DNA of 64,000 bases from the NCBI GenBank assembly GCA_903813345.2, contig CAIIXF020000001.1:49662001-49726000 (forward strand), in the 5' to 3' direction. This DNA is from Owenia fusiformis (lineage: Eukaryota). The first letter of the stretch is position 1. Every line of letters starts with the position of its first letter. Shown piece after piece: positions 1 to 13,291 of the stretch. Below the pieces are notes generated by a model. It was given only the letters and a program-made list of their open reading frames with translations, was not told where the DNA came from and did not search any database. Both the position numbers and the translations under genes were made by a program.

Positions 1-415
1 TAGCAAGTTACAAGTTTTGGATCCAGGATTCTCTTATTAAAATTTTTGTTCAAAAGCCCATGAGAAAGATAATGAGAAAAGATGTCCAATTATTGCCTGA
101 TTTGAGTCAATCTGAATCCATTTTACAATAGAAGGAATTAAATTTGATCTCTTTTGAAATTCTTACCATATACATATATAACCATGTCATGAATTATAAT
201 ATTGAGCAAATTAAAATATCTTTATTTAATAATGAACGTTAACAAAACAAGACAGTATTAGAATGTCCTGTCATCCATCATTTCTTGGTCGAGGGAATAT
301 AGCATATGTGGATGATGTTATTGACCAGCGCCAAGTAGATCAAGTAGACAGTTACAATTTAAACCATTTGTTAGAATCTCAGCAGCGCAGATATTCTTCA
401 GTAAATGTATGTTAT

Positions 416-567
416 CAGGGGTTTCAATAGAATTTCTCACAACAGGCTAAATAAATAGAAATCATAAATTTAACATGGAAAAGTTGAAAAGTCCCTAAAA
501 ACAACAGGCGATTTTGTGAAAACAACCGGTGAAAATCGCCTGTTGCCTGCTGCTAGTAAAACCCCTG
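416..567. mobile_element. MITE family A, copy 1 (CAGGGGTTT...AAACCCCTG)
   Basis: Terminal inverted repeats (TIRs); GTTAT on both sides (5-bp TSD); near-identical copy at 7075-7248. Confidence 0.8.
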
Positions 568-1612
568 GTTATAGACTAATATATTCATGAATAACTATCA
601 GATGGTGCTCCTACTATTGTCTCGGTTCATATGACAAACGCATCACTATTGAATATGGAATATAGAAGATTGTGCAATAAAGGAATATAACTGTGGAGGA
701 TTCAGTGCAATCATAGAATGTTTGTGATAACCATGGAATAGTCAAGATAATCACAAATATTTAGGATAACGGCTTATAAAGGCATTATAACCAAGGTCTA
801 TTTTTGGATAACCAACATAGATCTCCTTTTAATTCCTGATTTGGCTAATCTATCATGAAGATGAATTGGCGGCTAATAACAGAACAAAAAACTGGAGAAA
901 ATTACATGGTTTGGAGATTGAGATATATGACTTCTCTTCAGTAAAATACAGTAACATCAGAAAGAAACAGAAAACTCATGAAGGGAACAGGTCAAGATAA
1001 CACATACTTTGATGGGTATGTAAGAAATAGGTTTGAGCTACCAAAGACTTGAATCGAATTTAAAAGTATGTATAATACTGTAGAAATTTAATTCGATCTA
1101 CCTAGTCATTAGAACAGCCAGGAAATTCATGCTTTGATAAAATAAATTGTGAGAAAATGATGATTACATACGTACCTGGAAAGAGAGAGTGAATTAGCAC
1201 ACGTAATATTAGGACTTGTTGGAGCATCTAATTATCTAGTATCATCTCTAATTCTGTCCTGAGCTTTGTTTAGAAGTTATTCAACAGTGTTCTGGGACCA
1301 TGTAGCTTGGAAATGGTGAAGCATATTAGCGTAGTATTATTTTGTCAGATGATGATGGTATGATATCATATACATTAGGTATATGAGATATGTGAGAGAG
1401 AGAGAGCAGACAAAATCCATAAACAATATTCTGAAATTAGTCTTTATGACAGAATGGGAGGGATAAGTGCTGATTACATCAGTGCCATATATCATCAACA
1501 ATTAACCCATGCTAAATAGTACGATGACGCATTGGTATTATCACCTTAAAATAGGTACAGCTACAGGGACAGGCGCAGTGTTTATAGGTGCCTTACTACT
1601 GGAGATACCACG

Positions 1613-1741
1613 ATGGCGAAGGATAAACTAGATAAAGAAATGGATAAAAGACAAAGAAAGGCGAGAATAAGACCATTTCTAAAAAAGAAGACACTATCAC
1701 AAGATGAGCACTGTAACATATCTGGAATAATGTTTATAATT
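1613..1741 (+). CDS. MAST: Possible alternative first coding exon of the MAST kinase gene (MAKDKLDKEMDKRQRKARIRPFLKKKTLSQDEH...)
   Basis: The ATG has good context (ACGATGG). The charged ORF contains KKKTLSQDE, like motifs in the other N-terminal exons. A phase-0 donor ATT|GTAAGA at 1741/1742 is compatible with the phase-0 acceptor at 6049. The donor is only moderate and no homology was recognised. Confidence 0.35.
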
Positions 1742-1930
1742 GTAAGATCATTTTATAATATTATTTTTAGTGAAAATTTAAAAATGTTATCTTTTATTGA
1801 TACTCTGTCTTGTCAGTCACCTGGAAATATGGGTCATGTTACTGGTTTTTAAATGTGTTTGTACACAATGTACAGTATGTAAGGTTATATAGGTTTTAAG
1901 TTATATCAAAGTCAGGAGTTAATTATTATG

Positions 1931-2082
1931 TTATTATGTCACCACCAGAAAATTGTGACATATTATTAAAGTTCCAACTTTTTTGTGGATGGTGTTAGAT
2001 GGTTGGTGTTAAGCAGTTGGAGTTTTGCAGTCAGTGTCTGTAACAAATGGAAGGTGGTGACATTTTGTCTTTTAATGCCTTG
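1931..2082 (+). mobile_element. Short HINE/DINE-like (non-autonomous Helentron-type) element, copy 1
   Basis: ATGTCACCACC ... GGTGGTGACAT subterminal inverted repeats; related copies at 50830-50971 and 56589-56740; same end design as 15983-17662. Confidence 0.6.
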
Positions 2083-2731
2083 CATTTAAAGTATACATTG
2101 ACCCCTTACCTTTTGTCTGGTCATTGAAAGATATTCCCTCATCGAACCTTCGGTTAATTCATAACAATACATACACCATAAATGTTGTTTTTTCAATCAT
2201 ATTGAACAATATGAGTTATAGGATCTTTTTTAACTGATAAGGTTTATTAGATTAAATATGCAATAGCTGCCAAGAGATGATGAATAGAGATATGTCATTA
2301 ACATTTGTCTTATCATTGTGAGTTATGAATTATTCTACCAGGAGTCACTGACTTGTTTTTACACCTAATTGAATCTCACAAAGTGCCGTTGCACAAAAAA
2401 GAATTGTAAATTGTCTGGTGATCTCTGAAATTAGTATTTTGTTTGTAGTAAAGTTTGTTATTAAATGTTTTACAAGAGGTTGTGTATGTAAAAAATTGAT
2501 GGATTATGATATTATACAAATTATGTTACAGTTAATGGCCGATGCATCAATCTGATATTACCTCCATTCTCAAACATCTATAAACTAAACTACATTTTTG
2601 AAACAACATAGAACATGGGGGCTGTTTTGTATGAAGCTCAATGGGGACAATCTCAGTAGCAATACAGATTGGTACAGCACAAGAACTGACCAATCAGAAG
2701 GCTTCATTTTACAGATCATACGATAAAACTC

Positions 2732-3166
2732 TTTATTATATCACTATCTAGCTAGCGACAGTATGATTGGTCAAAACCGGGTCACATGTCGTGGGATATC
2801 TGGCGATATTCAATGGGAATGCTAATCAGATAAGACAACCGTGAGATATCTAGCGATATCCCATGCTCCCGGGAATTTTCAAAGAATTTGTTTTCGTTCA
2901 GTGTAAATAATTTAGTTCAGTGTAAGTCAAAATGGCAGACGAACCGAGTAGATTCGTAAAAATATCTGAAGACTTAATGAATTAATAATATTAGGGATGT
3001 TAAGCTAGACAGTGATATAATAAAACAAATATTTCACTCTATTTTCGGTGAATACCTGTAGCACTTTCACAAGGTGATATTCCACTTGCCCTTCGGGCTT
3101 CGTGGAATATCACTTGTGAAAGATGTACAGGTATTCACCTCAAAAGAGTGAAATATTTGTTCAATA
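2732..3166. mobile_element. Hairpin-ended non-autonomous element (inverted-repeat pair followed by a ~140-bp palindrome)
   Basis: Inverted repeats at 2732-2753 and 3003-3024; palindrome at 3024-3161 with a GCCCTTCGGGC apical mini-hairpin. Confidence 0.6.
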
Positions 3167-4374
3167 TTATCCTCTACAAGTATTTCTCAAAGTTCTAGGA
3201 TGACATTGTGATTTACTATTGGATTTGCAGTTAGTCAAGCGTATAAACATTGTCTAGTTCAATACCGTAACATTGGCTCAAAAATCAATTTTGCTAACTA
3301 AACTAAATGAATGAGATCATATCTGTAGGATGCTTTCAAGCGAATGGCTTGGACATACAGTATTTAGTATTCAGTAAATATTTAGGGATCCCATGATGAA
3401 GAAAGAAATTTTAATGAATTTAACAGATTGCCTCCTTTGACCTCGGGTGTACCAAGGTTAGAACTTATCAGTATTGAAAGAAATGTTAAGAGACATAGTC
3501 AAGTTTAATACAATTTCTGATGTCAAGGAATACTTTTTCCTGAATTGATATCATATTTATTTTATTGATTGTTATGGATGATGTCACAGTTATATAGGTA
3601 CCTATTGATAACTCGGCAATATTTTATTACATTGTCACACCTTTTAGAATCGGGGTAGCATGTTTTGTAGTGAAGAATCAATTGATATTAATTATTTACA
3701 AATTAGTTGTTTAAATTACTGATGCAATATATATTCAGTAAGATTTCCCCAAGGAATTATCTACCTCTATGTAGACTTAAGTAGAAAAATAAAACTTATT
3801 TAAAAGAACAAATTCCCCACTATAGATTTTATATGAAGTCATGTTTACCATTTTTTCTCTTTTTTCGAGTTGATTATCATTGCTTTTATTATTGCTGATC
3901 ATTATTATGACTTTATAATTGCATTGTTGAATACATTGTATCAAATAGCTCTTCTTTTGCAATTTACAGAAAATCATTAGTTGAACTGCATTGTTCAAGT
4001 TTCACCACCTATTATACTTGGTGTTCTTTTCTCATTTGTTTATGTGTTCATTAAGATAAAAGTTGTAGAAAAGATATCAGTAGACTATTTATAGTTCAAT
4101 AAATTACACACTGACAGTATATTTAACCGCAAGGAGACATTTCTCGACCATTTCATTTGTTTTCGAAAACCTTCATTAATGAATTTACTAGATAATGATT
4201 TCATAATAATGAAATATTTGTAATTTGGGTTATTTTGATAAGAAAAATAATATGAAAGCTGATAATGAAGATTCATTATGTCATCATTTTGAAATTGTTG
4301 ACTTGATACAGATTGCTTAGCAATAAAAACATGAATATGGTAAATGAAGCATTATTTTTTAGAGAATAATATCC

Positions 4375-4995
4375 TAAGGTTAAACATAGATCCCGGCAAG
4401 ATTATTTTGTAGTAGAATCAGTAGCTCAATAAATATTCCTCAAGATGAGACACCTCGGAAAATTTTAAAATGACGATTGTGGAGCCATTTCTGAAAAATA
4501 TGTGACAAATCATACCTCATTCGAAGCGTCTTGTTATTCTTTAACTTTTTTATCACCAATGACCATTATTCAAGCAATACTGGGTTGATAAGAGGCCAAA
4601 ACAGTGATATTTTATCGCCGGACTGTTGTCTGTCCAAATCTGAATGTTGCTCCCGTGGTTCCAGAAATGTGACGTCATCAGTACAATGATATTTGGACAC
4701 ACAAGAGTCCGGATCTCGTGAAAAATATTCGCCGTATTAAAAGTCAAATAACTGCATCCATAGGTTATTTACTCGAACCAAACAAGTAGAAATAGAAAGA
4801 TGAAGATCTCAGCGATAAAATAAGTGCAAAATCTGTGTCACAGGGAAGCAGGTACCGTTTTGTATAAGGAACATTTTGAAAGGTGGTCAATTTTTTTTTT
4901 GAAATTTTCCAATTTAGTGTCGTATCTTGTGAATTATTCTTTGAGCCTATGATCCTACTACAAAACAATCTGGCCAACATCTGTGAGGTTAAAGA
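4375..4995. mobile_element. Old MITE with ~100-bp diverged TIRs
   Basis: AGATTATTTTGTAGTAGAATCAGTAGCTCAA (~4400) is inverse-complementary to TTGAGCCTATGATCCTACTACAAAACAATCT (~4940-4971); exact ends uncertain. Confidence 0.55.
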
Positions 4996-5157
4996 GAGAA
5001 TCAGATCTAGCGAGAAGCCAAAAAAAAAAAATATATATTTCTGGTTTATGTCATTCCTTTTTATGTGTATTTTCTAAAAATCCTCAAAGTGCACATTTTA
5101 TTTCATTTATATTAATCTTATTTTCATTTTTATTTCAAAGATTTTTACAATAATGTA

Positions 5158-5227
5158 TTATTTTTCTCTAAGAATGCTTATTATTTTTCTCTAAGAATGC
5201 TTATTATTTTTCTCTAAAAATGCTTAC
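5158..5227. repeat. 23-bp tandem repeat, 3 copies (TTATTTTTCTCTAAGAATGCTTA)
   Basis: Directly visible. Confidence 0.85.
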
Positions 5228-5556
5228 CATTCTTTTGTGTGAATCTTTTGGGAGATATTGTATTTGAGATTGTAAGGAATAGATCGCTATGTCAATTGCA
5301 CATGTTGCATGTAATTTTGTCACCCCCATAGATCTGATTCTTCCTCTTAAGTGTGATTTATATTTAAAAAAACAATAGATTTCTCTTGGCAATATGCTAT
5401 ATTTATTACAAATGCTAAGATGCATTATCAATATATTTTCATGTGTAGGATATCATTTTAATCTGCCTTTGGATAAACATGTATAATTACCTGGCTGAAA
5501 TATCCATTTTGGCCTACCACTACGGCCCACTATGATGTCACGTATTGCTCAGGTCA

Positions 5557-5980
5557 ATATTTATAGGATATCCTATGATTTTGAGGAATATCATTTTTAT
5601 CTACGAGGTGATATTGATATCTGCACGAGAGAGCGAAGCGAACGAGTGCATTTATCAATATCACCGAGTAGATTAAAATGATATTCTGAAAAAAATCATA
5701 GGATGTTCTTATTATCCTACACTTACAAAGAGTGTACTTAATGTATAATATCATTGCAAAATGAATTCCATGCCAATTAGAGTCAATTTGGCGGGAAATC
5801 AACAAGTGGAGTATATCGTCACAATATCCTCCGCATATTGGGTTTTCCGGAGTATATCGTCACGATATCCTCCGCCCGGAGTATATCGTTACGATATCCT
5901 CCGGATATTCATTTTGCCAATAAATATCAAATTTATTTTTTAATGTTATTATACATTTAGTACACTAAGTGTAGGATAAA
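5557..5980. mobile_element. Hairpin-ended non-autonomous element (~150-bp palindrome followed by an inverted-repeat pair)
   Basis: Palindrome at 5563-5712 with a GAGCGAAGCGA apex; inverted repeat TTATCCTACACTTA / TAAGTGTAGGATAA; three internal GGAGTATATCGT.AC.ATATCCTCCG repeats. Confidence 0.65.
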
Positions 5981-6048
5981 GTAAAATATAAGCCCTCTAA
6001 ACTAGTACTACTAATACCGTAAATGAACTTCTTTTTTTGTTTTTTCAG

Positions 6049-6301
6049 TCTGACTATGGCACCTCAAGTTCTCCAATCCTTTCCCCCAACCCTGGTTCCA
6101 ATAGCAACCCATTCAAGCAGGCACGCGACGACACACACTCAGGTGGGGGTATATCACTGGCTAGGAGTAGGCTTTTACATAGGACACTTTCTGTAGAGGA
6201 TGCTAGGCATAAAAGACGGGGGAGCATGCCTGTCTCCCCCACAGCTGGTCAGATGTCACACCTGTCGCAATCTCTGGGGCTCGTGCATATGGCACAGGCA
6301 G
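6049..6301 (+). CDS. MAST: MAST kinase N-terminal Ser-rich exon (SDYGTSSSPILSPNPG...LHRTLSVEDARHKRRGSMPVSP...AQA)
   Basis: Long T-tract + CAG acceptor; open, GC-richer frame; donor CAG|GTTGGT in phase 1, matching the phase-1 start of exon 9604. Confidence 0.75.
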
Positions 6302-6369
6302 GTTGGTTGTTGTTTTGAACTTACCTCTTAGATTTCACATGAACAGATTTTATATGTAGGTTTGTGTGA

Positions 6370-6720
6370 TTTTAAATGAATTGACAAATAAGTAAAGTGA
6401 CAAAGAAGCACTGTTGATTAGCCGGAGAAATTTTCAATATGGTCCCTCAATTTTAAATAAAAAATATATCATCGATACTGGCTGGCAACATAGGCTAAAA
6501 TTATAGGCTGATGCCATGTGCAATTTTAAATAAATTGACAAAGTAAAGTGACAAAGAAGCACTGTTGATTAGCCGGAGAAATTTTAAATATGGTCCCTCA
6601 ATTTTAAATGAAAAATATATCATTGATACTGGTTGGCAACTTAGGTTCAAATTATAGGCTGATGCCATATGGGTATAGAACCTCTATTCCAGGAGAAATT
6701 TTCAATATGGCCTTCCAATT
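6370..6720. repeat. ~150-bp tandem duplication plus a partial third copy
   Basis: AAGTAAAGTGACAAAGAAGCACTG... at 6391 and 6541. Confidence 0.9.
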
Positions 6721-7074
6721 CTCTCACTCTCTGAGTTTCTTCCTTTAACGATATTATTTAGTCATTAGATAATGATCCTTCATTAGAAGTATGAATTTTA
6801 TGTTTTTCAAATAATCTTTCCGGGGTGAGAAAATGTTACATTGTTTTCACTACCATTAAGGCAAATGTCAGAAGCCTTTAAATTAGAGAATAATTGATAT
6901 CTCTAGATAGCAGAAATATATCTTTCGCTCAAATGATCTTATGATGCACTTTCTTTATTAAATATCTGTTTCCTAATTGGATACCTAGAGGGGAGCTTAA
7001 TCTTCTCGTAAATATTCTGCAGAAAGTATCGTTGATATGCATATTGATATCAGTCTTAGGTGCAAATATGTATC

Positions 7075-7248
7075 CAGCGGTTTCACTAGAATTTCTCACA
7101 ACAGGCTAAATAAATGAAAACAACGTGCAAAATTAATGGAAATCATAAATTTAACATGGAAAAGTTGAAAAGTCCCTAAAAACAACAGGTGATTTTGTGA
7201 AAACAATCGGTGAAAATCGTCTGTAGCCTGGTGCTAGTGAAACCCCTG
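7075..7248. mobile_element. MITE family A, copy 2
   Basis: High identity to 416-567 with a roughly 22-bp extra segment; TIRs present; TSD not clean. Confidence 0.8.
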
Positions 7249-9603
7249 CACTGTATCCCTCTTCCCAGTTTACAGATTCGAATTTCCAATTTGCAAATTT
7301 GTAGAATCTTGAATTGCGATTGATTTCTCATGAATTTAGTCTTGCAATTGCAATTTATGTTATAATAAGTAAATCAAATAATGTCTCAAATGATTATGAG
7401 AATTTTATGATAAATAAATATTACATAATGTATAAGTACTGTTTGTGTTTCAACAGAGAATCATGTGATGGCATGAGGAGTATCAAAATATGAGATTTTC
7501 TATTTTTTTATGTCCCTAAAAATTGCTGATTTTATAAATAAAACATATGTCTGGTTTTAAATACGTCTTTATATAAATCACAATATGTAAATGTTCAAAT
7601 AGATGCACACAATCGTTGTGCCGCTGATACAAAAGCATAGAATCCAAATAAATAAATAATAAAAATAAATATGACTCGATCTATTACTATGAATTACATA
7701 TATTGTATAGTATCATAAAATCTAATGATAATTCATATGAGACGTACTTCATAATAGCATGACAATTAGAGTATTACTTTTCCAATTACTTACAGGGGTT
7801 ACACATATTTTTTGTCATTTTTCATGATTAATGAACAATGTGTCTCTGTACTCTGAGCAAATTGTGTCCTGCCCTCTCACTATGATCAATCTTTCTATAT
7901 AGTTTGACTCTCAAATGATTAGGAGCCACCAAGAAAAATGCGAGATTTGAGATTGAGAGTATGAAGTACACTATACAAAAACCACCTTGGCTAAATGATA
8001 GTAGGCCCTGATTGGCTGATTGACAGTTGGTCAGTCAATTAAAGAGTGAGATCAAGTTTATCTCTCTTTCAAGGGTTTTTTATATTAGATTTACTTAGGT
8101 TATTTGTGAATTTATCCATTTATTTCAGAATATCTACATGTACATGGAGTGCCATCTTTTGTGATTTATACTTAAAATACCTATAGTAGCCTGCCGAATG
8201 AGTCACTTTTATTGTGTGTAAAATATAGAAAAGGCCAATGAAATTGCTATGTTGTAAAAGTAATCAGGCCAACCTGACATTAAGCGGTATTAGCAAGATT
8301 TAAATTGAACTTTAATAACATTTATCTGTAGTAAATTGATTAAATGAGATAATTAACAATAGAGCTTGATTAAAATATGGATCTTAAAGGGAGTGAAAAA
8401 TTCTAGTCAAAGTTTACAATTAAATCACCAATGTGTTCTTCAACATCTTTTATATTATTTTCAAGAGATGCCATCTTAATTAATAAGATTTTAACTCACA
8501 AAATAATAATTCCAAATAAGATTATTCAATTTATTTAAAATCACACATACCTATATAAAATCTGTTCATTTATTTCTAGATATAAATACATAAGCGAAGT
8601 AGGCGATAATTTGTAATGATACAGCAAAACCTTTATAGTGGAACACCTCTGTGTAGTATACCATATCCCAATAGAAAAAATATTTTGAGATACCAAAAGC
8701 CATTGTAGTAACACAGGTTTCATTGTATATTACATAATGGCTTATATAATGATATTACATTTTGGTAGGATATTTTGTCAGTGGGGGATCATATAATGTC
8801 ATCATAATAGTATTATATTTTCTTATAAGGAAAATAAATGCTAAAATTACTTTGTTAAGCAAAACATGTTTAGTGGTGTATCTGGTACATAGCTATTAAA
8901 TTGTAGTGATAATGTAAGTAAGATGTAATTGATAGTTATTGAAGCCTGGATCTGGGAAGATCTGCCTGGTATAGTAATGAATGAGGGTACATTGTAGTTC
9001 AATATCTCTTTAAATATATACCAATTACATTGTTTTCTGGAAAATAAAAATTATGTTTTATCTTGAAGGATTTCTCATGCTTGGCATGTACGTTGAGATA
9101 TTAATGTAGCAATTGTAGTTCAAAATAAATGTATAAATGAAATGAAGCTCTTTGCCACATTTTGTTCACATCAGTCCGTTATTTGATAAAATGTTAGATC
9201 TTGATTTTACGTCACAATAAAACATTTTTTGGGTTATGGATGATCTTCTGAGGTTCAGGATCGTTTTAGAACATTAGAAATCACTAATAATTCAATAATC
9301 ATATTTTCTTAACATAATATTAAAATAATAATATATGTGCATGTTTATGCATATGCATGCCTTGATTTACCGAGGGAGAGCTTTTGCCAGAAGGCAGCAA
9401 TTCATGATGTGAAAAGTGCTCAGAATGGTGAAAAACTGCATGATTTTTAAATTTCTGGCTTCCGCTCCCCTCTGGCTTCGGGCATGATATATATATATAT
9501 ATATATATAATATAACTTTTTTCTATAAAAGGACTTTTATAACATTCATGTGTAAGGGTTTTGCATACATATGTCATCCACATTAAAAATAATGTCATTG
9601 TAG

Positions 9604-9704
9604 GAGGATCTAGTAGCAGTAGCGGTAGGGAGGAGACGTCTAATCTTGTTCGTATGAGGAGCTCTAACCTTGGCTCTTCTGCCCCATCACTCTCCGCAAG
9701 CATG
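9604..9704 (+). CDS. MAST: MAST exon GGSSSSSGREETSNLVRMRSSNLGSSAPSLSASM
   Basis: TAG acceptor and ATG|GTAAGT donor. SNLVRMR..LG.SAPSL matches the conserved N-terminal motif of vertebrate MAST kinases as I recall it. Confidence 0.9.
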
Positions 9705-10544
9705 GTAAGTAAATAAGTAATTGTCCATTCCCAGGCCAAGCGTGCCACTTTTGCATCTATTTCCCTTGTGCTTGAGAAAATAACACAGAGAGGATAGTTA
9801 TTTTATGGTATTTAAATCCTGCCCCATGTCTATCCATTTTGCCATCCTTTTATCTGTAGTGAATGCTGTATAATTATTTTATTCTATTGGTTGTGATATA
9901 TTAGCTTTTGGAGAAGATAAATGATTTCGAATTGATTGTGAAATGGACTTTCAATAGATGACGAAGAATTATGTGGGTCTAATAAAATACTTAAGGACTT
10001 AACATGTAAACTTGCTTCAAAAATCTTTCAAGATAAATTTCATTGAAAACATCCAAAACCATATGACATTTATTCTTCAAACATGCTTGTAAATAATCAT
10101 GAGGCAACGTTTGATATTGATTTCATTTCATTTACTGGTCTGGTGTGAAGAACACCCTAATAGAGAACATTTGTGAACTGCCATCTATACGAGTTCTTGG
10201 TCCAATTTTCTTTTTACTTTAGTATAACAAAAAGCCACATTTTCCCCATTCTTTGATTCTCAATTCTCAACACATATGGCTTTATTGTGTCAATTTACCT
10301 TAATACTACTGTAATATTTTGCATGCTAATTTCTGATCATCTCACATTATATAACTATTATTGGTTATAGAATTATTCCAGATGCATGTTTTCAGGATGC
10401 ATTTTCAGAAGTTGAGGAAGAAGCTGTCAAATTAATGAATGGTGTTACTGCAAAGTACGAGTACATTATAATTTGAACATTTGCCATGTACGTTTTTTCA
10501 TTGTTATTTAATATGAAATATAATGCTGTTTCTCACAAACTTCT

Positions 10545-10637
10545 CATTTAATCCTTTTCAGGTATTTTTCTGCTTTTTTCAGGTATCATTTCATCCTTTT
10601 CAGGTAACATTCTACCTTTTCAGGTATTATTCCAGGA
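10545..10637 (+). repeat. ~21-bp tandem repeat with a TTTTCAGGTA core, 4 copies
   Basis: AG|GT junctions at 10561, 10582, 10603 and 10623. Confidence 0.8.
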
Positions 10638-13064
10638 TATTAATGCTCTACCTTAGCGATCTTACTCTGTCCAGTACACAAATAAGAAAATCGCTTTCTT
10701 GTAGAATAAGAGATGTCACTACTTGTATCACTTAAAAAGTAACCAGACGTTTGATATTTACTTGGATTTGTATTTCATTTTGTGTAATGAACGATCAATA
10801 AATAATACACTGCAGACTGTAGACAGTTTATTGATCTCCAATAAGGTATTTGTAAAGTACATGTTTTTAGTGTCCATTACAGAGACTTAGGTGCAATTAG
10901 CTAGGATACGGTAAGTGATAAACACTTGCATTTTCACATAGAGCACCTCAGAGGTTTTCAATTGAACTTCCAGGAATGCCTATTAAGCAATTTCATTTAT
11001 GTCTCATATCAAAATGAACAATCTCCAAATCATTTGTTTTCTATTTTTGTTGTTGATCATCATCGAATGTCAGCTTCATCATTTTGATGTGAATTTTCAA
11101 CCTTGTCATGGCAGTGCATCATGACATTTGCTTCAAGGAGATGATCTCATACCTTTTGAGTTAATAATACACCCTTTTATGCTATTTTTGCATAGGAGAA
11201 TGAATCTTCAAGTGTAAGAGATATAGATGGATTCTTTTTGTCTGTATCGTGTATTATATCTACAGCTCCTTCACTTTATTCATGGGATATTCACAGGAGT
11301 GATGGTTGACACTTGACAGGAGCTTCATGAAGGAAGATGCAGGAAGTATGTGTTGATCAAGGTGAAGTAAATAATACATAGTACATGGGGGACGGGGGTT
11401 ACAGTCTTGAAGCAAGACGTGTAGTATCTATGTCCCAATTAAACTGCAAACTGCCAAAGTATGGCCACTAACCTGTGATAATTTGCCACATATTAGTCTG
11501 TATCAACCTACCCGTGTCATCAGGTGTTCTAGCAATTCGGTTATTTGATTTTTATAGAGGTTAAACCCAAGAGTTGCTACATTGCTATAAGCCTGCTTAA
11601 ACAATAATGTTAAAGCATGCAATCATTTGTTAGATATAATGGTGTTTGTCTTTGTATTATCTTTGTATTCCCAATTTGTTCTGTTAATTCTTCTCAAACA
11701 AGTTCATAAATCTCAGAATTGAGACTTTCAAAGTCAAAGTGCAAGTCATCACCATTCAATTTCAAGTTCAAAATGAAGTCATAAAGTTAATACAATGATA
11801 AATGTAAATAAAGTGATTCATTGTTAAAATTGGACCTCTAAAAAATTTAAAATACATTGCTATAGTAGTTAAGCAGACAAAATACCAGTTTATTTAAGTA
11901 AGTAAATACCACAGTTAACAAATATCTGTCATTTAAGAAATCAAGAAATTAAGATGTATCCCTTTTGGGCAATGTCTCATCCCAACAGTCGTAATAATGA
12001 CTGAAACCGGCCAAACAGATAAATAGATTTATGAGAACAGGGTGACAGTAGTTTGGAGTCAGAGTCACATTGTAGGAGAGAATGGTCAAGGCCTGGGGGT
12101 CAAGCTATATGTAATATATGCTTCCTGGAGATCTTTCTGGGATATGGTATATGACACCTCGACCTGGTTTCATATGCTCCATACAGTTTTTATATTACCA
12201 CTATGTAATATTATGTTGTCCATAGATTAATGTTATTGGAGTTGTAACATATTGAATGACATACAATGTCTGATTATGATTAGATAAATAAAGATCTTGT
12301 ATTGGAATACATTTGTATTTAAGATAATTCAAGAATAGTCCCAATTCACTACTGTAATTCAATGAAGTGAAGTGATGACGCAGACTCTTGAAATAAATAA
12401 AAAATGTCAAGAGAGGCAAAATATTACAGGTATGAACATGGAAGAAAAATTGTTATCAATGAAGACGCTATTTCATTTTTTTGTTAAAAGTAGTTGGTTT
12501 TATGTTTTAATAACAAAATGATTTATTTTTGCGAAATTGAATAGTTTTTTTTGTTAAAGATCATGCAAAAATACTGAACATCCATCCACAAATGTGAAAC
12601 AAAAGAAGCAATCTATATTGCTAATATGAAAACAGGATGATGTGATGAATTTCAGAATACACCTGAGAAGGAACTGGAGAAGGAACATATGGTTTACCAA
12701 TACCATGATGGAGTATTATAGTAACATCTATGGAGTTTAACTTATCATCAAATACTGTATACCATAACATTACATGAAATATGACTTCGCTATTACATCA
12801 GTAACACATGTGTGATTGTGATCAGCTTGTAATTTTTTATTTAACCTCTAAAATCGTAAACATAATAGCAATGTGACATTGAATGTTTGATTATTGATTT
12901 ATTGATCAATGTAGTGTCAGTATTGAGAGGTATTTTAACAGTATTGAACAATTAAAGTTACCATCCTACTAACATGCTCTTGCATATGAAAAAGTAATTT
13001 TGGAATTAAATACAATACAATGAAACCTGTATGGAGCATCTCTAGAAGTAGAGCACCTCTGTAA

Positions 13065-13291
13065 TGCCTAGGTCACATTTGCTTCCGATTTATCGGCCAG
13101 CGCCTGGCTGATTGCAGCATTTTGTTCAAAACTGATTTCAGCTTGCTTAAACTTGACCAAACTTTTTATAAATCATGTAGAAGTTCTCATGATTCACTTC
13201 TGACCTCAAATTAGAGATTTGACCTTCAATTTTGAACAAAATGCTCAATCGGCAGGGCGCCAGCAAAATCTGAGCAAATGTGACTTAGGCA
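13065..13291. mobile_element. PIF/Harbinger-like MITE (TGCCTAGGTCACATTTGCT termini)
   Basis: Long imperfect TIRs with TAA/TTA flanks; related copy at 45331-45470. Confidence 0.7.

Noticed and set aside
9320..9748. 142-aa minus-strand ORF
   Set aside because: Antisense shadow of MAST exon 9604-9704 plus an (AT)n tract and a MITE fragment.
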